Shown here one piece after another: positions 8,173-18,000 of a stretch of 34,085 bases of DNA. The notes under the pieces are model-generated. The model was not told the DNA's origin. It ran no database searches and was given only the letters and a program-made list of their open reading frames with translations. A program made the translations under genes and the position numbers. The DNA is taken from sequence record SRR31156797_12395. The stretch is one strand, 5' to 3'. Each line of letters begins with the position of its first letter. The stretch's first letter is position 1.

Positions 8173-8324
8173 CTTTCCCTTAGCATTCTACATTGGTTTC
8201 TCTTACTATTCTACAATTATTTCCATTAGTATCTCACAATTGTTTCCCTTACCATTCTGTGATTATTTGTATTAGTATTCCGCATTTGTTTCCATTACCA
8301 TTCTACAAATGTTTCCATTACTAT
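8173..8324. repeat. Degenerate 23-bp tandem repeat, about 6.6 copies, consensus GTTTCCATTACYATTCTACAATT
   Basis: Units start at 8173, 8196, 8219, 8242, 8265, 8288 and 8311 (partial), with no indels and no spacers. Confidence 0.9.
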
Positions 8325-8468
8325 GGGTGGTTTTTCTCTATGTTAAGTGAGTTTTGTTAAATGAAATTGTTATTTCAGTCTAAAAAGTTATTTTTATTCG
8401 AATATTCACGACATATATTTAAAAAGGAATAAGTCAAAGCAAAAAATTGAAAATGAATAATTAATCTA

Positions 8469-11330
8469 ATGAAGAAAATCTTATTTATTCTTATCGTTTT
8501 TTACTTAACCACACCTGTTAGCAGTATCAATTTCAAAGGAGGATATCCATTTATAACTAATTATTCAAAAAAAGATTACAAAGTATCTAATAATAATCAT
8601 GCGATCATTCAGGATCAAAGAGGAGTGTTGTATTTCGCTAATGATTTTGGTATTCTGGAGTTTGATGGTCATACTTGGAGTATTATTCAAGTAGCAAGTA
8701 ATCATTCAAATATTAAATCACTAGCCTTCGATAATCATCATCGCTTGTATGTGGGCGCTCAGGGCGATATAGGATACCTTAGTTGTCAAGTACCTCATGG
8801 CCTTATTTTTAAATCGCTTGTAAATAAGATCCCTGTTTCTAAAAGAGGGTTTGGGGATGTAGAAAATACCTTTGTTCTTGAAAATTCGATCCTTTTTCAT
8901 AGTCACGAAAGTATATTTGTTTATGCCAATGATACTATTTCGGTTTATGAATTAGATGGAGGATGTAGCAATGCATTTCAGGTTCAGGACAGGATAATTG
9001 TTCAGGGTGTTGAGGGATTATTTGAATACCAATCAGAAGGACTAACCCCATTTCTGCAAGATAAAAGGATACTTGATGCTGAGATTGCAAATATTTTACC
9101 AGCAGAAGCTAACCGGTATATAATTGTGACACGCAAAAAAGGACTTTTTTTATTGGAAGATGGAAAGTTATTTTCATTACAGGTGAAGCCTCAAATCGAC
9201 TTTTCGATGGTAAATATAAACACTGCTGTATTAAGCAGAGATGGAGAAATAGTAATAGGTACCAACAGGCAAGGTCTTTATTTTATATCGCAGGAAGGAA
9301 GGATTCTCGAACATTTAAATAATACGAAAGGACTTCAGAGTAATGAAATTGAGTCTTTGTTTTTTGATCAATCAAATAACCTTTGGATTACAAATAATAA
9401 GGGAGTTGATTTTGTTGAAGTTGCTTCACCATTTTCCAGGTTTACTTCAAATATGAGCGAAGGGTATAATGTTTACGATGTTACTGTATTCCATAATTAT
9501 ATCTATTTAGCTACGCATAATGGTTTAAAGCTAAGTAGTGTAAAGTATAAAGATGATGTTTTTTCATTGACAAATACGTTTAAAAATATAGATGGAGCAG
9601 ACGATATAAACTGGAAACTTACGAAGATCAATGATCGTTTATTTGCTTGTCATGATAATGGCTTTTCGGAAGTAAAGGACGGTAAAGTCCTATATACAGT
9701 AAAATGCAATGGCGGATGGACACTTCAACCTATATCTGATAATGATGAAAGACTAATTGGGGGAACATATACGGGGCTGGTAAGTTTGGTAAAAGTAAAT
9801 GGGAGGTATCAATTAGAACATGAAATAGAGGGCTTTGGTGAAACATGTCGTTTGTTGGAAGTGGATTCTCAAGGCAATGTATGGATGGCACATGGTTATA
9901 AGGGTATTTATAAAATAATGCTATCTGAAGATTTTAAAAAGGTAGTCTCTGTTGCGTTTTATGATAAAAGTAAAGGATTGCCGGATAACCTGTACAACAG
10001 TGTGCTGAAAATTGATGATGAGATAATATTTGGAACTTCTAATGGGCTATATTTCTATGATGCAGAGAATGACACTATGCTTATTCATAAGGAACTGACT
10101 GAGCTCGCAGGCACTTGGCATAATGGACAATTTATTGAGCAGGACGATAATAAGAATGTGTGGTTTGTAACCGAAAATAGTGCGGGAATAATAAAACGAT
10201 TCGCAGGAGGAGGTCGTTATGTGGAGCAATTACCTTTGCTAAAATTGACTGATTCTTATATTCCGGGTTTTATTTCATTTGAACTGCTTAAAAATGGATC
10301 AGCATTAATAGGTTCAAATAATGGCTTGGTTTTTTATAACGACCGGAATAAGGATTTGAACCCCAAATTATTTCAGGTATTTATCCGGAATGTTAACACT
10401 TTGCATCAGGATAAATCAAAAATATACAGCGATCGTATTGATTACTTATGCGACACTCTTAAGCAGGAAGGAGTAAAATTACCCTATGATCATAATAGTC
10501 TTCATTTTGATTTTGCTACCGGTTTTTATGAAAATATAGAACACATTCGCTTTAAAGTATATTTAGAAGGATATGATAAGGACTGGAGTAGCTGGCAACC
10601 TGACTGGCATAAGGAATATACCAATTTGCGAGAGGGGGATTATGTTTTTAGGGTAAAAGCCCAAAATATTTATCATACGGTTAGCGATGAGGTGAAATTT
10701 CGCTTTACCATATTGCCGCCATGGTACAGAACCATCTATGCCTATGCGGTATATGTAATGCTTATACTGTTATTACTATGGTTGGTAATTAAGATTCGAA
10801 CAATCAGGATTTACAGGGAAAAGGAAAGTTTTATACAGGAGCAAAAGCGCGAAAGAGAAATTGAGCAATTGAGGTTTAAGGAAGAGAAATTAAACGATGA
10901 ACTTTTTAATAAAAATCAGGAATTATCTGGTTTGGCCATGAAGGTGATCTATAAAAATGAAAAGTTATCGGAACTCAAAGAAAAAGTTTCTTCAATAGAA
11001 GAGATGACTTCGGGAAGTATTTCTACAAAGATAAATGCTTTGCTTAAGTTTATTGATGCTGAGTTGAATGAAGATAATTGGGCTGATTTTGAGATGCGTT
11101 TTGACCTGGCACATAATAACTTTCTAAAGCGCTTAAAGTCGGATTATCCAGACTTGACATCCAAGGATTTAAAAACTTGTGCTTATTTACGTATGAATCT
11201 TTCTACAAAAGAAATAGCCCGATTGCTGAATATGACTGTTAGAGGAGTCGAAACAGCCAGGTATAGAATTAGAAAACGAATAGGTTTGGATTCAACAGAT
11301 AACCTGACTGATTTTATTTTGACTTATTAG
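8469..11330 (+). CDS. Membrane-anchored one-component sensor-regulator: periplasmic beta-propeller, Y_Y_Y domain, TM helix, coiled coil and LuxR-type HTH
   Basis: Signal peptide; propeller repeats (QDQRGVLYFA, DQSNNLWI, DSQGNVWM); YLEGYDKDWS..EYTNLREGDYVFRVKA; PPWYRTIYAY plus TM; LSTKEIARLLNMTVRGVETARYRIRKR. No kinase or receiver motifs. Confidence 0.9.
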   Translation: MKKILFILIVFYLTTPVSSINFKGGYPFITNYSKKDYKVSNNNHAIIQDQRGVLYFANDFGILEFDGHTWSIIQVASNHSNIKSLAFDNHHRLYVGAQGDIGYLSCQVPHGLIFKSLVNKIPVSKRGFGDVENTFVLENSILFHSHESIFVYANDTISVYELDGGCSNAFQVQDRIIVQGVEGLFEYQSEGLTPFLQDKRILDAEIANILPAEANRYIIVTRKKGLFLLEDGKLFSLQVKPQIDFSMVNINTAVLSRDGEIVIGTNRQGLYFISQEGRILEHLNNTKGLQSNEIESLFFDQSNNLWITNNKGVDFVEVASPFSRFTSNMSEGYNVYDVTVFHNYIYLATHNGLKLSSVKYKDDVFSLTNTFKNIDGADDINWKLTKINDRLFACHDNGFSEVKDGKVLYTVKCNGGWTLQPISDNDERLIGGTYTGLVSLVKVNGRYQLEHEIEGFGETCRLLEVDSQGNVWMAHGYKGIYKIMLSEDFKKVVSVAFYDKSKGLPDNLYNSVLKIDDEIIFGTSNGLYFYDAENDTMLIHKELTELAGTWHNGQFIEQDDNKNVWFVTENSAGIIKRFAGGGRYVEQLPLLKLTDSYIPGFISFELLKNGSALIGSNNGLVFYNDRNKDLNPKLFQVFIRNVNTLHQDKSKIYSDRIDYLCDTLKQEGVKLPYDHNSLHFDFATGFYENIEHIRFKVYLEGYDKDWSSWQPDWHKEYTNLREGDYVFRVKAQNIYHTVSDEVKFRFTILPPWYRTIYAYAVYVMLILLLLWLVIKIRTIRIYREKESFIQEQKREREIEQLRFKEEKLNDELFNKNQELSGLAMKVIYKNEKLSELKEKVSSIEEMTSGSISTKINALLKFIDAELNEDNWADFEMRFDLAHNNFLKRLKSDYPDLTSKDLKTCAYLRMNLSTKEIARLLNMTVRGVETARYRIRKRIGLDSTDNLTDFILTY

Positions 11331-11348
11331 TGTAAAGTTTAAAAAATA

Positions 11349-11380
11349 ACACAGAGGCACTAAGGCACTGAGTTCTGTGT
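11349..11380. repeat. Short hairpin enclosing three 8-bp units (CACAGAGG/CACTAAGG/CACTGAG) between convergent genes
   Basis: ACACAGA(11349-11355) is complementary to TCTGTGT(11374-11380); period-8 internal repeat. Confidence 0.5.
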
Positions 11381-11444
11381 ATTATTGTATCAATAAGATT
11401 TATCGATTTAAGTTATTTATTAATACATTCAATTAATGTAGAGT

Positions 11445-12089
11445 TCAATCTATGCTTGGTGAAGGAGTTAATACTTCTTCCACCCTTTTAAATAATTTTT
11501 TAGTTACATCTAAAGATGCTCCATTCATTGGATATAGCATTAATATAGAACTATCTTTAGATAAAAACCATAACTCTAATTTTCCATGATAAAACAACAA
11601 ATTATCCTCTTTGGCTTTTATTAGTTTATTTAAAAATTGAGTTTTACTACTTAAATCATGAAATTTCAGTTCTTCAATTGTTGATTCAATGATAGGGTAA
11701 TCATTATTAGAATTAAATCGAAAAACTAGATTACTTATATCTAAACTAGAGGTGTCTACTAAAATTTTATCATCTTGCACTTTTGTTTCATCGCGACTAT
11801 CTATCAAAACATCATTAATATAATCAAAAGTAACATAGCTTAAATCACTCTTGTCAATTGAAATTCGTTTGGGAGTAAAAATGATATCTTCATAATTTTC
11901 TAACTTTTTAAGTGAATCGTAAATAATAACTAAATTGTTATTTGAATTTAATGTAATCTTTGATTTGTTTTGAATTGTCTCATTATTCTCAACAATTTTG
12001 TCTCTTTCTAATGATTTATATTGATTCTTACCTATACACGAAACATTTAATATTATGGTGCAAATGATTATATAAATATTGTTCTTCAT
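11445..12089 (-). CDS. Hypothetical lipoprotein, very AT-rich
   Basis: 214-aa ORF; MKNN, hydrophobic stretch and NVSC lipobox-like site; no recognised domain. Confidence 0.65.
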   Translation of the reverse strand: MKNNIYIIICTIILNVSCIGKNQYKSLERDKIVENNETIQNKSKITLNSNNNLVIIYDSLKKLENYEDIIFTPKRISIDKSDLSYVTFDYINDVLIDSRDETKVQDDKILVDTSSLDISNLVFRFNSNNDYPIIESTIEELKFHDLSSKTQFLNKLIKAKEDNLLFYHGKLELWFLSKDSSILMLYPMNGASLDVTKKLFKRVEEVLTPSPSID

Positions 12090-12110
12090 TATTGATGAAG
12101 ATTAGGTTAA

Positions 12111-13187
12111 TTAGTTATTCTTAAATTCAATACCCAAAGATTCTCCCACTTTCTTTAAATCTTCGACAACGGGAGGAAGTAAATCAATTCCATCTTTCAT
12201 TCTTTGAGCTGAAATTTCTCTTTCCGGATCGCCAGGAACCAGTACCTGATCGTAACCTTCTGCAGGAACAGCATTTCTAAAGGTAGTAATCCAGTTATCC
12301 ATGTGTTTTTTAAATTCATCAGCAGGTCTGAAGGCGTCAATGCGCATGGCTCCTAAAAAGTGGCCAATGCCATCACCAACTGGATTCTCAGGTACAGGTA
12401 TATAGGAAACAAAAGGTGGTACCCAAGGACCATAATTGGCTCCAGGTAGCACTGCCGATAAAATATCTACTAATCCTCCTAAACAGTATCCTTTGTGACT
12501 TCCGTGTACTCGATCACTACCAAGCGGAAGCATGGCACCTCCTTTTTTTAAGATGGCTGCATCTGTCGATGGATTACCATTTTCATCTTGTGCCCAACCT
12601 AAAGGAATGTCTTCTCCCTTGCGTTGCAGAACTTCCAGTTTTCCATTGGCAACCGGTGTAGTGGCCATGTCGATCACTACCGGAGGTTGTTTATCGGCAG
12701 GTATAGCTACCGAAATAGGATTTGTTCCTAAAAACTTACTTTTAGAAAATGTAGGAGAAACCAGCGGACTGGCATTGGTCATTGACCAGCCAATCATATC
12801 TTCTTCCAAAGCCATCATAGAATGGTATCCGGCAATTCCGTAGTGGTTTGAGTTTTTTACAGCTACCCAACCTGTTCCTGCATTTTTTGCTTTCTCCATG
12901 GCTATTTTCATGGCTTTAGGAGCCACAACAAGTCCGGCACCTAAATCGCCATCAATAACGGCTGTACTTGGTGTTTCATGCACCACCTTAATATTTGGCC
13001 TTGCGTTAAGTCGACCTTTTTCCCATAAACGAACATAACCACCTAAGCGAGCCACGCCGTGTGAATCAACACCGCGAAGATCTGCAGAAATTAAAACTTC
13101 AGAAGCTAACATAGCATCATCTTCAGAACTACCCATTTTTAAAAATACCTGACGGGTAAATTCTTTTAAATATTGTACAGTATACAT
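12111..13187 (-). CDS. Ldh_2 family (AllD/YbiC/ComC-like) NAD(P)-dependent oxidoreductase
   Basis: ADLRGVDSHG, NSNHYG, GTNPI, DMATT and HKGY motifs. Start moved to ATG 13187 because the track's TTG at 13214 lies inside a TATCTTTG -7 element. Confidence 0.92.
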   Translation of the reverse strand: MYTVQYLKEFTRQVFLKMGSSEDDAMLASEVLISADLRGVDSHGVARLGGYVRLWEKGRLNARPNIKVVHETPSTAVIDGDLGAGLVVAPKAMKIAMEKAKNAGTGWVAVKNSNHYGIAGYHSMMALEEDMIGWSMTNASPLVSPTFSKSKFLGTNPISVAIPADKQPPVVIDMATTPVANGKLEVLQRKGEDIPLGWAQDENGNPSTDAAILKKGGAMLPLGSDRVHGSHKGYCLGGLVDILSAVLPGANYGPWVPPFVSYIPVPENPVGDGIGHFLGAMRIDAFRPADEFKKHMDNWITTFRNAVPAEGYDQVLVPGDPEREISAQRMKDGIDLLPPVVEDLKKVGESLGIEFKNN

Positions 13188-13211
13188 GTGTTTCCTTAAA
13201 AATGAAGTGCT

Positions 13212-13219
13212 CAAAGATA
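13212..13219 (-). promoter_or_regulatory. -7 element for the Ldh_2 gene
   Basis: Minus-strand TATCTTTG. Confidence 0.65.
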
Positions 13220-13248
13220 CAAAACTAATTTATGCACTTTGATTCGGT

Positions 13249-14391
13249 CTACTCAAAATCCAGATTTGTAATAAAAAAGTTAGGCGTAAAAACCACACTA
13301 ATTCCATAGGCGTAATCAAATTGTGAAGCATCCGGATCGAAATACGTTTCGAATTGAGCGTTAAAAGTTACTTTCTTCATCAGTTGTTTTGAGAAAGTGA
13401 ATTTGGTGTTTAGCAATTGCCTGTCTTTGGCATAAATGCCTGCTTCATGATCAGAAACAGAATGAAACAAGGCTGTGCCTTTTAGGGCATACCAGTCGCT
13501 CGATTTCCAGTAAGCCAACATAATTTCGCCATGTTTGTGGGCTAAAACTGCGGTAGGATAAAAAGCATATCCCATTTTAAAAGGTAAACCTTTGGCATCG
13601 GTTAAATCATTATACAAGGCTACATAAGGTGTAAAGCTTAGTTTGTTGATAAAAGCACCTTGTATTTCCTTTTGGACTTTTAATCCCGACACCATATTCA
13701 CTAAGGAATAAGATTCTATATCGTAATCACTGATTTGACCACCCAAATGAGAAGCCAGGAATTGAAAGGGGAGGGATATTTTAAAAGTGCTTTCTGCATC
13801 AGAAAACAAATACTCAGCACTGATTCCTCCGGTAAATTTTTCAGGAATATCATCTCCATGAAATATAAATTGTTCCCAATCGACCCAGGTATCCAAAAAT
13901 AGCTTGGGGCTTTGATGGATGAATTGCACGCCCGTTTCCTGTGGTCTGAAATATTGCCATTCAGAATTAAAAATAGGTTCAATTAAACGATGGTGAACAC
14001 TTCCTTTTAAATTTCCCAGAATCATATCCCATGTCTTACTTAATTGGGTATGGATGGAAACAACTGGTATCACTTCCGAAAATTCTTGGAGACCATCATA
14101 TTTTAAGGCATGTACTCCAATTTTTAACCTTACGTTTGATCCGGCATAGTACATGAGTGATGGTTCAAATGAATAACCAGGAAGGGTGTATCCTTCAGAG
14201 AATTCACCAAAGTATTCATCGTTCGTTAAAAAGTTGTTGCTTTCTAATCTAAAGAACAGTTTGTTGGCATCTTCTGCTTTAAATTCAGGATAGGTATAGC
14301 GCGAGGATTCGTTAATTTGTCCAACAGTATGCAACGATATGAAGCATAAACACCCAATTAATAAGAGCGCTTTTAATTTTTTAAAGACCAT
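13249..14391 (-). CDS. Hypothetical exported protein, probable outer-membrane beta-barrel
   Basis: Signal peptide; aromatic-rich alternating beta-strand patterns (LFLDTWVDWEQFI, FDYAYGISVVF). Confidence 0.65.
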   Translation of the reverse strand: MVFKKLKALLLIGCLCFISLHTVGQINESSRYTYPEFKAEDANKLFFRLESNNFLTNDEYFGEFSEGYTLPGYSFEPSLMYYAGSNVRLKIGVHALKYDGLQEFSEVIPVVSIHTQLSKTWDMILGNLKGSVHHRLIEPIFNSEWQYFRPQETGVQFIHQSPKLFLDTWVDWEQFIFHGDDIPEKFTGGISAEYLFSDAESTFKISLPFQFLASHLGGQISDYDIESYSLVNMVSGLKVQKEIQGAFINKLSFTPYVALYNDLTDAKGLPFKMGYAFYPTAVLAHKHGEIMLAYWKSSDWYALKGTALFHSVSDHEAGIYAKDRQLLNTKFTFSKQLMKKVTFNAQFETYFDPDASQFDYAYGISVVFTPNFFITNLDFE

Positions 14392-14454
14392 TTTTGTAAT
14401 TCGAAATCATGAATAAAAGTTTAGGAAGGAGGGTAGTTGTGAGCATAAAAATAT

Positions 14455-14489
14455 AAAAAAGCCGTAAATACAGTTGATTTACGGCTTTT
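14455..14489 (-). terminator. Intrinsic terminator after pheT
   Basis: AAAAGCCGTAAAT-ACAGTTG-ATTTACGGCTTTT with a T-tail on the minus strand. Confidence 0.85.
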
Positions 14490-14511
14490 ATTATAATTAA
14501 TTATTCGAGTT

Positions 14512-16965
14512 TTATCTTAATTGTGCTTCGATCTCTCTTTCGAAATTCTTAATCATGCTATTCATGATTTTATCAATTTGCTTGTCCGTAAGGGTTTTGT
14601 TTTCATCTTGTAGAATGAAATTAACGGCATACGATTTTTTATCTGCACCTAGCTTTTCACCTTCGTAGATATCAAATAAAGAGATACGCTTTAATAGTTT
14701 TTTCTCTGTTTTATTGGCGATTGCTTTAATCTGACCAAAGGTGACTTTTTTATCAACCAATAAAGCTAAGTCACGACTTACTTCAGGGAATTTAGATATC
14801 TCTTTGTAAATCAGTTTTTGCTTACCGGCTACTTTTAATAAGTTATCCCAGTTGAACTCTGCAAAGTAAACGACTTCTTTTAAACCAAAGTTTTTAGCTA
14901 ACTCAGGCTTCACAATTCCGAAATCAACCAGGTGAATCTTATTTTTTGTAGAAAGGGTTAATCCTTCAATGAAAATATCGTTCTCAGTCGTTTCTTCACT
15001 AAGCATACTTTCAGGAAGATTCATACGGGCAATAATTTGCTCTACAACCGCTCTTAAATCTGCAAAAGAAACGTCTCTCGCCTCTGCGTTCCAGTTAGCG
15101 CTAATCATCTTACCAGAAAGGAAAATTCCCAAATGGTGCTCTTCACTGTATTTATTTAAAGATCCCTTTTCTCCTTCAGGATTCAGATAATAACAATTTC
15201 CGAATTCGAATAATTTAAGATCGCTGTTTCTGCGGTTTACGTTGTGAACAACAGACTCCAAACCTCCCATAACTAAAGACTGGCGCATGCCGCCTAAGTC
15301 ATTACTCAATGGATTAAACAAGGCAACCACATTTTTCTCCGGATATTTTTCCAGTTTTTCGTAGAATGAAGGCTTTGTTAATGAATTACACATGATTTCA
15401 TTAAAACCTTGCGCTACCAATTGGTTGGCAATGATATTTTTTACTTTGTGATCATCCGGCTTATCCGAATACACTAAAGTAGAGTTTACAGCGGCAGGGA
15501 TTTCAATATTATTATAACCGTAAATTCTTAAAATATCCTCAATCACATCTACCTCTCGTTGAACATCAACACGATAAGGAGGAACAGATAATAACATACC
15601 TTCTTCATCCTCGCTCTTAATAACCATTTCAAGGGAAGTAACAATTTTTTTAATTGTATCCTTACCTAAAGCTTTACCAATTAAGCGGTCGATGTTTTTC
15701 CAGGTAACCTTCACTTCAAAGTTTTGAACTGGTTCCGGGTAAATATCTGTGATGTCAGAAGAAATCGTACCTCCGGCTACTTCTTTAATTAATAATGCTG
15801 CTCTTTTTAAAGCGTATATCGTAATGTTTGGATCGATACCTCTCTCGAAACGGAAAGAAGCATCGGTACTTAAAGTATGTCTCTTTGCTGTTTTTCGAAC
15901 ATATACAGGGTTGAAATAAGCACTCTCTAAAAATACTTTAGTGGTAGATGCTTTAACGCCACTTTTAATACCTCCAAAAACGCCGGCAATACACATGCCT
16001 TCATTTTCGTTACAAATCATTAAATCTTTATCCGATAATTCTCTTTCTTGCTCATCAAGCGTTGTGAACATTGTTTTATCAGCTAAAGTTTTTACGATGA
16101 CTTTGTTTCCGGCAATTTCGTCGCCATCAAAAGCATGTAAAGGTTGACCTAGTTCGTGTAATACGAAATTTGTAACGTCTACAATATTATTGATAGGCGC
16201 TAAACCTATTGAAGTCAGTTTATTTCTTAACCACTCAGGAGAATCCTGTACTTTTACATCTGAAATAGTGACGCCGGCATATCTTGGACAAGCTTCCTGA
16301 TTTTCAACCGTAACATCAACAGTATAATCGTTATTCTCCACTTTAAAATCATCAACAGAAGGAAGCTCAAGATTTACTTCTTCGCCATTGGCTTTTAGGT
16401 AGGCAGCTAAATCGCGGGCTACACCAAAGTGAGAAGCGCCATCTACACGATTAGGTGTTAAATCAATTTCAATTACCGCATCGGTTTCAACATTAAAATA
16501 ATCTTTAGCTAAAGTACCTACAGCCACATCTTCGGGTAAAACCATAATACCATCATGACTGCTTCCTAAACCAATTTCATCCTCAGCGCAAATCATACCA
16601 AGCGAAGCTTCGCCCCTGATTTTACCTTTTTTAATGGTAAAACTTTCATCACCGCTATACAAAACTGTTCCAACTGTAGCTACAACTACCTTTTGTCCTG
16701 CTGCCACATTAGGCGCACCACAAACAATCGATAAAGGTTCTTCACCACCAATATTCACCGTTGTTTTACTTAATTTATCTGCATTAGGGTGTTTTTCGCA
16801 GGTAAGTACTTCTCCAATCACCAATCCTTCTAATCCGCCTTTAATGGATTGCACTTCTTCGATACCTCCAACTTCAAGACCAATATCCGTTAGGATAGTT
16901 GAAATCTTTTCTGTTTCAATATCTATATTTAAATAGTTTTTTAACCAGTTGTATGAAATCTGCAT
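14512..16965 (-). CDS. pheT: Phenylalanine--tRNA ligase beta subunit
   Basis: MQISYNWL, HPNADKL, VCGAPNV, TPNRVD, GQPLHAFD, SFRFERG and FPEVSRDLAL motifs; 817 aa. Confidence 0.98.
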   Translation of the reverse strand: MQISYNWLKNYLNIDIETEKISTILTDIGLEVGGIEEVQSIKGGLEGLVIGEVLTCEKHPNADKLSKTTVNIGGEEPLSIVCGAPNVAAGQKVVVATVGTVLYSGDESFTIKKGKIRGEASLGMICAEDEIGLGSSHDGIMVLPEDVAVGTLAKDYFNVETDAVIEIDLTPNRVDGASHFGVARDLAAYLKANGEEVNLELPSVDDFKVENNDYTVDVTVENQEACPRYAGVTISDVKVQDSPEWLRNKLTSIGLAPINNIVDVTNFVLHELGQPLHAFDGDEIAGNKVIVKTLADKTMFTTLDEQERELSDKDLMICNENEGMCIAGVFGGIKSGVKASTTKVFLESAYFNPVYVRKTAKRHTLSTDASFRFERGIDPNITIYALKRAALLIKEVAGGTISSDITDIYPEPVQNFEVKVTWKNIDRLIGKALGKDTIKKIVTSLEMVIKSEDEEGMLLSVPPYRVDVQREVDVIEDILRIYGYNNIEIPAAVNSTLVYSDKPDDHKVKNIIANQLVAQGFNEIMCNSLTKPSFYEKLEKYPEKNVVALFNPLSNDLGGMRQSLVMGGLESVVHNVNRRNSDLKLFEFGNCYYLNPEGEKGSLNKYSEEHHLGIFLSGKMISANWNAEARDVSFADLRAVVEQIIARMNLPESMLSEETTENDIFIEGLTLSTKNKIHLVDFGIVKPELAKNFGLKEVVYFAEFNWDNLLKVAGKQKLIYKEISKFPEVSRDLALLVDKKVTFGQIKAIANKTEKKLLKRISLFDIYEGEKLGADKKSYAVNFILQDENKTLTDKQIDKIMNSMIKNFEREIEAQLR

Positions 16966-17038
16966 TGTACAATAATTTTACGCTAAATAATATGCACTAA
17001 AATCGGATGTTAGTTATCCGTAATTTTATTTAAGGCAA

Positions 17039-17046
17039 CAAAAGTA
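17039..17046 (-). promoter_or_regulatory. -7 element for pheT
   Basis: Minus-strand TACTTTTG. Confidence 0.6.
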
Positions 17047-17196
17047 ATTATTTTGAATTCAAGTTACCAAAATACACCTGAATTTTATTAATAATAGAAA
17101 AGAGATGATTTTAAGGAGTGTTGTATTACTTTAAAAGCATGGTTTCGCTTACACTATTTGTATGTATTGTTTTATTTAAAATCCCGCGATCTATTG

Positions 17197-17204
17197 TATA
17201 TTTG
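17197..17204 (+). promoter_or_regulatory. -7 element for the surE-lpxB-gld operon
   Basis: TATATTTG about 30 bp before the GTG start. Confidence 0.65.
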
Positions 17205-17235
17205 AGAACTAATTTCAATCTAAAAACAACACATT

Positions 17236-18000
17236 GTGAGCAAAAAACCATTGATATTAATTACTAATGATGATGGTATTCAGGCTAAAGGAATCCATTG
17301 TTTGGCTGATGCATTAAAAGATATAGGTGAATTGGTGGTGGTGAGTGCCAATACGTCTTTTTCGGGCATGTCGCATGCGATTACCGTAAAAGATCCGTTG
17401 TATATTAAAGAATTGCCTCAAAAAGATGGGGTTCGGTATTGCCAGACAAATGGAACACCTGTGGATTGTGTAAAACTTTCTTTACATACTATTCTCGATA
17501 GGCATCCAGATTTTATTGTATCCGGTATTAATCATGGTTCTAATAGCTCCAATAGTGTTCATTATTCCGGAACATTGGGGGCAGCGCGAGAAGGATGTAT
17601 GAATGGTATTCCATCCATTGGATTTTCTTTAATGAGTTATGATGCAGATGCTGATTTTAGAGAAAGTCAACGCGTGGTTAAAGCGGTTATGACTGATGTA
17701 ATGGCAAACGGTTTAGCCCCGGAAACATTTTTAAATGTGAATATTCCCGATTCTAAAAAACTGGATGGTATTAAATTATGCCGTCAGGGAAAAGGAAAAT
17801 GGGTGGAGGAATTTATAGAAAGAGTGGATCCAAGAGGTAGAAAATATTATTGGCTAACCGGTCATTTTGAGAATCTGGAACCGGAAGCAACAGATACAGA
17901 TGAATATTATTTAGATAATAATTATGCTACGGTTGTGCCATGTATTATTGATGTTACCGATTTTGAATTTATAAAGGAAGGAAGAACTTATGAATTGTAA
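17236..18000 (+). CDS. surE: 5'/3'-nucleotidase SurE
   Basis: ILITNDDG, GTPVDCV, SGINHGSN, YSGT and DPRGRKYYW motifs. Confidence 0.96.
   Translation: MSKKPLILITNDDGIQAKGIHCLADALKDIGELVVVSANTSFSGMSHAITVKDPLYIKELPQKDGVRYCQTNGTPVDCVKLSLHTILDRHPDFIVSGINHGSNSSNSVHYSGTLGAAREGCMNGIPSIGFSLMSYDADADFRESQRVVKAVMTDVMANGLAPETFLNVNIPDSKKLDGIKLCRQGKGKWVEEFIERVDPRGRKYYWLTGHFENLEPEATDTDEYYLDNNYATVVPCIIDVTDFEFIKEGRTYEL

Noticed and set aside
8173-8324. CRISPR array (units begin GTTTCCATT; reverse strand ends GGAAAC)
   Set aside because: Units are contiguous with no unique spacers, are degenerate, and no cas genes are present.
8405-8411. Lone TTCACGA upstream of the LuxR sensor, matching the lattice site at 3796
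   Set aside because: A single 7-mer with no phased partners is expected by chance.
8721-16936. Short ORFs overlapping the regulator, Ldh_2, barrel and pheT genes
   Set aside because: Shadow ORFs without recognisable features.
17004-17020. Hairpin CGGAT/ATCCG in the pheT leader as a T-box or attenuator
   Set aside because: Only a short stem in a short leader; no T-box motif or Phe-rich leader peptide.
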